Assembly: GCA_964367895.1 (NCBI GenBank)
Contig: CAYJAS010000001.1
Location: 2,404 to 66,403 of the forward strand
Direction: 5' to 3'
Source: an uncultured Oscillospiraceae bacterium
Lineage (GTDB): Bacteria > Bacillota > Clostridia > Oscillospirales > Butyricicoccaceae
DNA: 64,000 nt
Shown here: piece by piece, positions 17,293 through 24,978 of the stretch
Position numbering within the stretch: position 1 is the first letter of the stretch
How the letters are laid out: each line of letters starts with the position of its first letter
The notes under the pieces: model-generated
Told to the model about the DNA's origin: nothing
Database searches by the model: none
The model's input: the letters and a program-made list of their open reading frames with translations, nothing else
Program-made: the position numbers and the translations under genes

Positions 17293-19724
17293 TGGCTTAT
17301 CCCCGTCTGTACTCTGCCATTGCACGGTGGCGGAGCTTGGTGGCTTTGCTCCTCCGACTTTGGCATAATTGCCTTTTCAATCGCCGAAAAGACATTTCCG
17401 AACACTTCGTCTACCACTTGGTTCATATGACTTGCAAAAACAAAGTTCAAATGCTGTTTTACTATTGGGTCGATATCATCAATATCAGGCCTGTTTTCCT
17501 CTGGAACAATTACAGTTGTAACTCCGTTTCTATAAGCTGCCATTGTTTTTTCCTTTAACCCGCCTATGGCAAGCACACGCCCACGCAGTGAGATTTCCCC
17601 TGTCATTGCAATAGTTTTGGCAACCGGCATATCTGTTAGCGCCGAAATAATCGCCGTTGCGGTAGCTATACCTGCTGACGGTCCGTCCTTGGGCACCGCT
17701 CCTTCGGGGAAATGGACATGAATGTCATTTTTGGTGTAAAAATCGGCATTCAGCGCAAAAAACTGTGCACGGCTTCTGATATAGGTAATTGCGGCACGCA
17801 CCGATTCTTTCATCACATCGCCGAGATTTCCGGTAAGTTCAAGCTTGCCTGTTCCCTCTACCGTCATAACTTCCACTTCAAGCAAATCACCGCCCACACC
17901 TGTCCATGCAAGGCCGTTCACCACGCCACACTCGGCCTGCTTGGGTGCATTGTCCTTTTTGAACTTTGGCGTACCAAGGTAAGTCGAAAGATTGGTCCCT
18001 GTGATGCTGAGTGATTTTTTGCCGGTCTCACTCATATGCCGTGCGGTTTTTCTGCAAAGCTTGGCTATTGCACGTTCAAGACTTCTCACACCTGCTTCTT
18101 TTGTGTACTCGGTCATTATACTGCGCATCGCATCATCGGAAAGCTTCATATTGGCCGCTTTAAGCCCGTGTTTTTTCAGTTGCTTTGGCAGCAGATGCTT
18201 GCGTGCGATCTGAAGCTTTTCCTCATCGGTATATCCTGAAAGGGTGATAATTTCCATCCTATCACGAAGCGGTGCCGGAATTGTTCCGATATTGTTAGCC
18301 GTTGTTATAAACAGCACGTCTGAAAGATCTATCGGCAATTCCACAAAATGGTCACGGAAGGCAATATTCTGCTCGGTGTCAAACACCTCAAGCAAGGCGG
18401 ACGATGGGTCACCCTTATAGTCACTGCCCAGCTTGTCAATTTCATCGATAAGCATAAGGCAATTTCTGCTTTTCGCCTTTTTCAAAGCGTCAATAATTCT
18501 ACCGGGCATTGCGCCGATATAGGTTTTTCTGTGTCCTCTGATATCTGCCTCATCACGCACACCGCCAAGGCTTAAACGGACATAATCGCGACCCATTGCA
18601 CGAGCAATTGAACGGGCGACAGAGGTTTTTCCGACACCGGGAGGGCCTGCAAGGCAAATTATCTGCCCCTTTACTCCACCTGTGAGCTGTTTTACAGCAA
18701 AAAACTCTAAAATACGCTCTTTAACATCTGCAAGACCAAAATGATCTTCCTCTAAGATTTCATGAGCTTTTTTTATATCTTCATTTTCCTTTTTGACCGT
18801 CGTCCAAGGTATTTCAAGGCAGGTATCAAGATAGGTTCTGATAACTCCGCCTTCGGGCGAACTGCTTTGCAATCTGCTCAGGCGCTTTGCCTCTTTTATT
18901 AATTTTTCGGTAATTTCCGCCGGCAAGGCAAGCTTTTCAATCTTGGTGATATAGTTTTGCGCCTCGCTCGCCGTATCTTCACCCTCTCCAAGCTCCTCTG
19001 AAATGACCTTTGCTTGCTCACGCAGATAGTAATCACGCTGATTTTTGTCCATCTGCTCTTTGACTTTTTCCTGAATATCCTGCTCGATATCGAGGATTTC
19101 CACCTCGCTCGCAAGCAATTTAATCAGCTGGCTCATTCTGCGTCTGGGGTCTGTTTGCTCAAGCAAAGTTTGTTTATCCTCATATCCAAGGTGGATATTT
19201 TGAGCGATATAGTCGGAAATATATGCAAAATCGTTGTTGTTGAGCACCGTCATGATGACTTCATTGGGCACCTGGGAGGTTATTGCATCGTATTCCAAAA
19301 CAAGCTCTCTAACATTTCTGATAAAAGCTTCGTCTTTTTTTGTCTGTTTTATACTGGGAGCGGCAAGAATGCTTATCTCTCCGACCAAAAACTCCTCCTC
19401 TGAGGTCAACCGCTCAAGCACTGCACGCTGTTTGCCCTCGACAAGGACACGTATGCCGTCCCCCGGAACACGCAGAATTTGGCGAATTTTGCAGTATGTG
19501 CCCATTTGAAAGAGCTGTTCTCTTGTCGGCATTTCATCACGAATGTCACGCTGGGTTACGACAAATAGGCGCTGTCCGTGCTCCATCGCATGTTCAAGCG
19601 CTTTTATTGACTTTTGGCGTGCCACATCAAAGTGAAAGACCACTCCCGGGAAAATGGTCACTCCCCTAAGCGCCAGCACCGGTATATCATAAATCATTCT
19701 TTTATTTTCTTGGGTATTTTTCAT
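17289..19724 (-). CDS. lon: ATP-dependent Lon protease (endopeptidase La)
   Basis: LON N-domain, Walker [10 protein letters not shown], protease PKDGPSAG. Start at MKNTQENK with AGGAGG RBS. The ORF-track extension is rejected. Confidence 0.95.
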   Translation of the reverse strand: MKNTQENKRMIYDIPVLALRGVTIFPGVVFHFDVARQKSIKALEHAMEHGQRLFVVTQRDIRDEMPTREQLFQMGTYCKIRQILRVPGDGIRVLVEGKQRAVLERLTSEEEFLVGEISILAAPSIKQTKKDEAFIRNVRELVLEYDAITSQVPNEVIMTVLNNNDFAYISDYIAQNIHLGYEDKQTLLEQTDPRRRMSQLIKLLASEVEILDIEQDIQEKVKEQMDKNQRDYYLREQAKVISEELGEGEDTASEAQNYITKIEKLALPAEITEKLIKEAKRLSRLQSSSPEGGVIRTYLDTCLEIPWTTVKKENEDIKKAHEILEEDHFGLADVKERILEFFAVKQLTGGVKGQIICLAGPPGVGKTSVARSIARAMGRDYVRLSLGGVRDEADIRGHRKTYIGAMPGRIIDALKKAKSRNCLMLIDEIDKLGSDYKGDPSSALLEVFDTEQNIAFRDHFVELPIDLSDVLFITTANNIGTIPAPLRDRMEIITLSGYTDEEKLQIARKHLLPKQLKKHGLKAANMKLSDDAMRSIMTEYTKEAGVRSLERAIAKLCRKTARHMSETGKKSLSITGTNLSTYLGTPKFKKDNAPKQAECGVVNGLAWTGVGGDLLEVEVMTVEGTGKLELTGNLGDVMKESVRAAITYIRSRAQFFALNADFYTKNDIHVHFPEGAVPKDGPSAGIATATAIISALTDMPVAKTIAMTGEISLRGRVLAIGGLKEKTMAAYRNGVTTVIVPEENRPDIDDIDPIVKQHLNFVFASHMNQVVDEVFGNVFSAIEKAIMPKSEEQSHQAPPPCNGRVQTGISQ

Positions 19725-19766
19725 ATTTGCCTCCTGTAAGCACTCTGCACTTAAGCATTTCACTCT

Positions 19767-19795
19767 ATTATACTATACATTTGAATTGTTTTCAA
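19767..19795 (-). promoter_or_regulatory. sigma-A-type promoter of lon
   Basis: Minus strand reads TTGAAA-17 nt-TATAAT, about 45 nt upstream of the lon start. Confidence 0.6.
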
Positions 19796-19840
19796 GTGGT
19801 GGATTATCTGTAAACACAATTAAAATTTTGCTGTTTTTAC

Positions 19841-19873
19841 AAAAAATGCGACCTACAACTCAGTAGGTCGCAT
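19841..19873 (-). terminator. rho-independent terminator after the rubrerythrin gene
   Basis: Minus strand: atgcgacctac-loop-gtaggtcgcat followed by tttttt. Confidence 0.8.
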
Positions 19874-19894
19874 TTGCTATGTACTTTTTACAGT

Positions 19895-20440
19895 TTATTT
19901 GCCGAAATAGCGATTGAGAAGACCTTCAAATGCCTTGCCGTGGCGAGCTTCGTCACGAGCCATCTCATGTACGGTATCGTGGATAGCGTCAAGGCCAAGC
20001 TCTTTTGCCAGCTTTGCCAGCTGAAATTTGCCGTCTGTTGCGCCGTATTCAGCTTCTACTCTCAAAGAGAGGTTTTCTTTTGTGCTGTCGGTTACCACTT
20101 CACCTAAAAGCTCTGCAAACTTTGCTGCATGCTCAGCTTCTTCATAGGCTGCTTTTTCCCAGTAAAGTCCGATTTCGGGATATCCCTCACGATGTGCGAC
20201 CCTCGCCATTGCGAGATACATGCCGACTTCGGTACATTCGCCTGTGAAGTTCATGCGCAGTCCTTCGATAATCTCTGCCGGTGCGCCCTTTGCCACTCCG
20301 ATAACATGTTCTGCCGCCCAATCTTTATCGCCTGTGACCAGTTTAAACTTGTCCGACGGCGCCTTACATTGTGCGCAAAACTCCGGTGCGCTGTCTCCTG
20401 TGTGGACATATCCACAAATTACACATGTGTACTTGTTCAT
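19895..20440 (-). CDS. reverse rubrerythrin (N-terminal rubredoxin-like Cys4 domain, C-terminal diiron four-helix bundle)
   Basis: CVICGY...CAQCKAP at the N-terminus, then ferritin-like E..E..H repeats ([45 protein letters not shown]). Start at MNKYTC with GGAGA RBS. Confidence 0.85.
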   Translation of the reverse strand: MNKYTCVICGYVHTGDSAPEFCAQCKAPSDKFKLVTGDKDWAAEHVIGVAKGAPAEIIEGLRMNFTGECTEVGMYLAMARVAHREGYPEIGLYWEKAAYEEAEHAAKFAELLGEVVTDSTKENLSLRVEAEYGATDGKFQLAKLAKELGLDAIHDTVHEMARDEARHGKAFEGLLNRYFGK

Positions 20441-20454
20441 TGTTTTTTCTCCAT

Positions 20455-20856
20455 TCATTTTTTAAATTGTGACATTTTTACTTTATAGAGCTGCTCTTTC
20501 AGCCCTTCATTTAGGGTGCCGAAAGTTTTATGAAATGGACACGAGTCGCGGTCTGAAACGCGTGAACAATCGTACTCATTTGCAAGGCAATGTGCGATTT
20601 CTATCGGCCCGTCAATACACTCGATAATCTCGCCGATTGACAGTTTTTCGGGGTCTGCATCAAGCATATAGCCTCCTGAGGAGCCTTTTTTAGCCGAAAC
20701 AATGCCCTGTGCGCCGAGTTTATTGAGAATTTTCAGTGTAAATCTAGGTGTTACCGCCGTCTGTTCGGCTATCTCTCTTGCCGAAATCGTGCTCATTCTT
20801 CCCATCAAATTGTAGATAATTCTGATCGCATAATCTGCTTCTCTTGTGATTTTCAT
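20455..20856 (-). CDS. Rrf2-family transcriptional regulator (three C-terminal Cys, possible Fe-S sensor)
   Basis: [17 protein letters not shown]...[23 protein letters not shown] wHTH. Cys at HC.., DCS.., SCP. 14 nt upstream of the rubrerythrin gene. Confidence 0.85.
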   Translation of the reverse strand: MKITREADYAIRIIYNLMGRMSTISAREIAEQTAVTPRFTLKILNKLGAQGIVSAKKGSSGGYMLDADPEKLSIGEIIECIDGPIEIAHCLANEYDCSRVSDRDSCPFHKTFGTLNEGLKEQLYKVKMSQFKK

Positions 20857-20881
20857 AAGCGCTCCTTTTGTTTACTATTTA

Positions 20882-20910
20882 AGTATACTTTACCAGTTCT
20901 GAATTGTCAA
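20882..20910 (-). promoter_or_regulatory. sigma-A-type promoter of the rrf2-rubrerythrin operon, with an overlapping 10-bp palindrome
   Basis: Minus strand reads TTGACA-17 nt-TATACT. The -10 is embedded in the perfect palindrome AAGTATACTT (about 20881-20890). Confidence 0.65.
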
Positions 20911-20934
20911 CAGTTTTTTAAAAAATACAATTAT

Positions 20935-21936
20935 TTACATCAAATTGAGCTGTTGCTTCCACTCAAGAATGCGCTTCACCGAGCGGTTTAGCAGTTCCAT
21001 CGGGTATTGACCCGACTGCACTGCGTTCATCACAGGCTCAAATGCAAGCTCGGGGTGATCGGTCATAATCAAGTCATTTCCGGCGAGCAATGCCAGCACT
21101 CCGGGGTCCTCTCCCTCACAAAAATCGCGTATTGCCTGCATATAAAGCTCATCGGTCATTATTACGCCGTCATAAGAGAGGTTGTTTCGCAAATATTGAT
21201 GTACAGCTATCGACAGCGACGCCGGCATTTTATCGTCTATGCACTGGACAATATTGTGGCTTATCAGAATGGACGAACAGTTTTGCTTAATTGCCGTTTT
21301 AAAAGGCAGTAAATCTACCTCCTCAAATTGTTCAAGTGAACGCTTATCAACCGCTATTTGCTTGTGTGTGTCGAGATTGTCGCTATACCCCGGAAAATGC
21401 TTGACCGCCTGCCCCATGTTTTGCTGTTGCATCGCTTTGAGCGAGACCTCAATATATTGCGAGGTGAAACTTGCATCTCCTCCCACCGTTCTCGGGTAAA
21501 TAAAGGAGTTTTCGTCCGCAGAAACGTCGGCAACCGGCGCCAAGTTGACATTTATTCCAAACTGTTTTAGAAAGCAAGATTTTTCCACTGTATCCGAAAA
21601 TACAAGATCAAGCCCACCGCTTTTAACAAGGTCAAGCGGTGACTCAAATGGCGCTTCTCTGAGTAGAGGCCAGCGGCTGACCCGTTTTACAGTGCCACCC
21701 TCCTCATCGACTGCGATAAGCATGGGTATTTTAGATTTTTGCTGTAGATTTTCTATCATTTGGATAGCTTGTTGCTTTGTTTTACCATCAAAATCCTCGG
21801 TGAAAAGCACAATTCCGCCCGGCTGAAAACGCTCTGTCAGCTCAAGTCCATCGCCCGGCATATGACAACAAAAGAAAAGCTGCCCCACCTTGTCTTTAAG
21901 TGTCATTTGCTCCATTATTTTGTCAATATTTTTCAT
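20935..21936 (-). CDS. nagZ: glycoside hydrolase family 3 beta-N-acetylhexosaminidase (NagZ-like)
   Basis: KVGQLFF, AVDEEGGTVKR, NVNLAPVADV, KHFPGYS and VIMTDEL, typical GH3 N-domain motifs. Single-domain, 333 aa. Confidence 0.85.
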   Translation of the reverse strand: MKNIDKIMEQMTLKDKVGQLFFCCHMPGDGLELTERFQPGGIVLFTEDFDGKTKQQAIQMIENLQQKSKIPMLIAVDEEGGTVKRVSRWPLLREAPFESPLDLVKSGGLDLVFSDTVEKSCFLKQFGINVNLAPVADVSADENSFIYPRTVGGDASFTSQYIEVSLKAMQQQNMGQAVKHFPGYSDNLDTHKQIAVDKRSLEQFEEVDLLPFKTAIKQNCSSILISHNIVQCIDDKMPASLSIAVHQYLRNNLSYDGVIMTDELYMQAIRDFCEGEDPGVLALLAGNDLIMTDHPELAFEPVMNAVQSGQYPMELLNRSVKRILEWKQQLNLM

Positions 21937-21996
21937 TTCTATCTGCCGCTCCTTTAGAATATAATTTACAAAATCAGTTATTTTGGGGGTAATTTT

Positions 21997-22788
21997 ATGA
22001 AGTTGGTTAAGAAATTTTGGGCATTGAGTTTCAAAAAACGTGTCGCAATCCTCTCGATTTTGGCAATCTTGATTGTTATTTTTGTACTTTCTGCCTTAAG
22101 CGGTGAGGGTGTTACAGAGACCTTCGCCACAAAAAGCAATTTGCCGATTTACTGCGTACAAAAGGACAGCAAGGTGCTTTCACTGACATTTAATGTGCTT
22201 TGGGAGGATGATAATATTGAATACATCCTCGAAACACTTGATATGTATGACATAAGGGCAACATTTTTTGTGACCGGAAAATGGCTTGACAATCACTCAA
22301 ACACCGCAATGAAAATACACGAAAACGGGCACGAGCTGGCAAATCATTCCGACAGATACGAATACTACACCGAATTGAGTTCCGAGCAGGTGAAGGAAGA
22401 TCTGTTAGCCTGCAATGAAAAAATTGAGGCAATAACCGGCAAGACACCCACCCTTTTCCGCATGCCGTACGGAGAGTACAGCGATGGGCTTGTAACTCAG
22501 GTGCGAGAGCTTGGCATGGAAGTCATCCAGTGGGATGTTGACAGTCAAGACTGGAAAGAGGCAAGCCCGGAGCAAATAGCCGAGCGGGTTTCTATGCGCA
22601 GTACTCCAGGTGCGATTGTCTTGTTTCACACCGATGCAAAGCATATTCAAGACGGGTTTTATCAAAGTGTGGAAAAGTTAATTCAATCGGGCTACTCTTT
22701 TGTGCCGATATCCGAACTACTGTTGACCGAGCAGGCGACAATCGACCACACAGGTAGGCAAATTCCTGCTCAGCAGGCCGCTCAATAA
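21997..22788 (+). CDS. polysaccharide deacetylase family protein (NodB/CE4 domain, PdaB-like), membrane-anchored
   Basis: N-terminal TM anchor. NodB-like LSLTFNVLWEDDN...ATFFVTGKW...GHELANHS...FRMPYGEYS...IVLFH. Motif 1 lacks the usual Asp (see findings). Confidence 0.8.
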   Translation: MKLVKKFWALSFKKRVAILSILAILIVIFVLSALSGEGVTETFATKSNLPIYCVQKDSKVLSLTFNVLWEDDNIEYILETLDMYDIRATFFVTGKWLDNHSNTAMKIHENGHELANHSDRYEYYTELSSEQVKEDLLACNEKIEAITGKTPTLFRMPYGEYSDGLVTQVRELGMEVIQWDVDSQDWKEASPEQIAERVSMRSTPGAIVLFHTDAKHIQDGFYQSVEKLIQSGYSFVPISELLLTEQATIDHTGRQIPAQQAAQ

Positions 22789-22795
22789 TGACTTA

Positions 22796-22825
22796 AAAGG
22801 TCGCCGAAAGGCGGCTTTTTTATTT
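22796..22825 (+). terminator. rho-independent terminator after the deacetylase gene
   Basis: ggtcgcc-gaaa-ggcggc stem followed by ttttttatttttt. Overlaps the 3' end of the convergent yihY-like gene. Confidence 0.7.
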
Positions 22826-23650
22826 TTTCCGTGCTTTTGACGCAAAGATCACATCATTGAGATGTGCTCCCATAATCAAAATCACTCCGACAATGTAAAG
22901 CCAAAGCATGAGCACCATAATTACACCGAGTGAGCCGTAAATCACCGAGTAACTTGAAAAGTTTGCAACATAATATGAAAAAATCATAGTGGTGAAATAC
23001 AAAATGATCAAGGTGGTGGCCGCTCCCGGCATTGCCTGCTTTATATTGTACTTTTGGTGTGCCGCAGAGTGATAAAATGCCGTCAGCGCAAAAAATAACA
23101 CAAGGGGGCCGAGCATGTATCTGAGTACACCCCAAAGGGCGATAAATTGGCTTGAAAGTTCGATATAATCGGAAACGGTATACAGCAGACCATTGCTGAC
23201 AATGATAAGGACGAAAAGCAGAAAAATCGCCGCCATCAAAATACCGCTTACAAGTATTGAACGGAAGAATTGACCGCTACTGGGTACAATTCTATATGCT
23301 CGCATTATCGAGCGTGTTATCGAATTTATCACCCTTGAAAGCACATAAAGAGTAAGAAAAAGTCCTGCATATAGCAAGGTTTCAGATTGAAGTGAGTTTG
23401 TATAATCTAAATATTCTTGTATGATTTGAAGCACATCGGGCGGAAGAACAATTCCCAAATCGGTTGTGATATTGTCTACCGACAAGTTGAGCGAGCTGAG
23501 TACCGAGTTTAAAAAAATCAGCATTGGGAACAGCGCAAACAGCTGATAGTATGCAAGCTCGGCAGAGCTGCGTGCCACCTTATCATCTATATATCTTCTA
23601 ACAAGTTTGCCGGCAAAATTTGTTATGCTAAAATTTGAGTTTTGTGGCAT
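22820..23650 (-). CDS. YihY/BrkB family membrane protein
   Basis: AELAYYQLFALFPMLIFL N-terminal signature and 6 TM segments. 276 aa. Confidence 0.8.
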   Translation of the reverse strand: MPQNSNFSITNFAGKLVRRYIDDKVARSSAELAYYQLFALFPMLIFLNSVLSSLNLSVDNITTDLGIVLPPDVLQIIQEYLDYTNSLQSETLLYAGLFLTLYVLSRVINSITRSIMRAYRIVPSSGQFFRSILVSGILMAAIFLLFVLIIVSNGLLYTVSDYIELSSQFIALWGVLRYMLGPLVLFFALTAFYHSAAHQKYNIKQAMPGAATTLIILYFTTMIFSYYVANFSSYSVIYGSLGVIMVLMLWLYIVGVILIMGAHLNDVIFASKARKK

Positions 23651-23795
23651 TTCAAACCTTCCTTAAAGTAGGATGTCAGCTTAGTTTTCCGGAGCAATTA
23701 CACTATCTTTTAAAGTATACCACATTAAAGAGGTAATTCTCAATATTTATATGAAATTTTTTACTGCAAAATCATATTAAATTTTGATTTTAACA

Positions 23796-23836
23796 CAAAA
23801 AATATGCGGTACTTAATGGCACCGCATATTTTTTAG
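23796..23836 (-). terminator. rho-independent (bidirectional-looking) terminator after the DUF1343 gene
   Basis: aaaaaatatgcggt-acttaatggc-accgcatatttttt. Confidence 0.75.
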
Positions 23837-24978
23837 TAAATTTTAATATCCTGTGAGAAGTCAATAAATTCTTTTCGGCTTTGCTCCCAGCTTTTCAGCA
23901 AATCTGAAAGTTCTAATCTTTGCTCGACACATTCAAGCACATTCGGGTCGCCGGTTAAATTGTGTATACGGTCTACATCGGCGTATTTGACATATGAAAA
24001 ATGCTCCGGATGTAGCCTCTTTATCTCGCGCATCAAAGTAATTGCAACCGGAATGAAATCAAGTCGCTTGTCAGTCGGCTCAAACTCCAGTCCATAGCAT
24101 ACCTGATCCTTATGCTTTGAGGTAAACGGCACAAATGCACGCTTTCTAAAAGCCACACCGTTACCCTGCGGTATTTGCTCTATCATGCTTTCGTACAAAG
24201 CATCCATATCAACAAACGGTGCTCCGTACATCTGAAAAGGCTTGGGACTTCCCCGCCCTTCGCTGATATTGGTGCTTTCAAAAAAGCATCCGCCGCAATA
24301 GCACAGAGTGGAGTCAAAGGTGGGCAATGCCGGAGATGGCACATTCCAAATCAAGCCTGTATCGGGGAAATATGTGGAGCTTGTGTAAACAAGCATTTTC
24401 ACCACCGAGTAGTCAAGGTCGAGCTTTTTTAGCTTTTTGTAATATGCGCCGAACTCGCCTGCTGTTAGGCCATAGCGAATAGGTAGAGCATGTGCACCTA
24501 CAAAACTGTCAAACTCAGGAGCGATGCGACTGCCGGAAATTATCTCTCCGCCAAGCGGATTTGGCCTGTCGAGCACTGTGAGTCCAATGCCCTTCTTTGC
24601 CGCTGCTTCCATACAATATGCCAGCGTATATATGAAAGTGAAATACCGCAGACCGACATCTTGAATGTCGTATACCAGCATATCTATACCATCAAGATCG
24701 CAGTCACGAGGGGCTTTTCTCTCTCCATACAGAGAGCAAATAGGCAATCCGCTCGGCTGGTGTACGCTATCGTGCACCGGCTGACCGTCTGCAAAGCCAT
24801 ATAGCCCGTGCTCGGGCGTGAACAGCTTGACCACTTTATACCCATGCCGAGCAAATGCGGTCAAATTGTCCTCAAAAGCGGCGCCCACTCCCGAAAAATT
24901 GGTGATCAACCCGATGCGCTTACCGTCAAACAGTGTTTTTTCGATACCTATCCTGTCAAGACCGAGTACGGTATTCAT
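23833..24978 (-). CDS. namZ: DUF1343 family protein (exo-beta-N-acetylmuramidase NamZ/YbbC-like)
   Basis: RIGLITNFSGV, LFTPEHGLYG, DIQDVGLRYFTFIYTL, LDRPNPLGG. Start at MNTVLGL (4-nt overlap with the ileS stop). Confidence 0.8.
   Translation of the reverse strand: MNTVLGLDRIGIEKTLFDGKRIGLITNFSGVGAAFEDNLTAFARHGYKVVKLFTPEHGLYGFADGQPVHDSVHQPSGLPICSLYGERKAPRDCDLDGIDMLVYDIQDVGLRYFTFIYTLAYCMEAAAKKGIGLTVLDRPNPLGGEIISGSRIAPEFDSFVGAHALPIRYGLTAGEFGAYYKKLKKLDLDYSVVKMLVYTSSTYFPDTGLIWNVPSPALPTFDSTLCYCGGCFFESTNISEGRGSPKPFQMYGAPFVDMDALYESMIEQIPQGNGVAFRKRAFVPFTSKHKDQVCYGLEFEPTDKRLDFIPVAITLMREIKRLHPEHFSYVKYADVDRIHNLTGDPNVLECVEQRLELSDLLKSWEQSRKEFIDFSQDIKIY

Noticed and set aside
20881-20893. A shared 13-mer, AAGTATACTTTAC, in the rrf2 promoter and again at about 40351-40363 in the tyrS promoter region, as a possible common operator
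   Set aside because: A rough estimate gives tens of chance 13-mer coincidences in a 64-kb window counted on both strands, and more in AT-rich promoter DNA. There is no functional link between the two operons.
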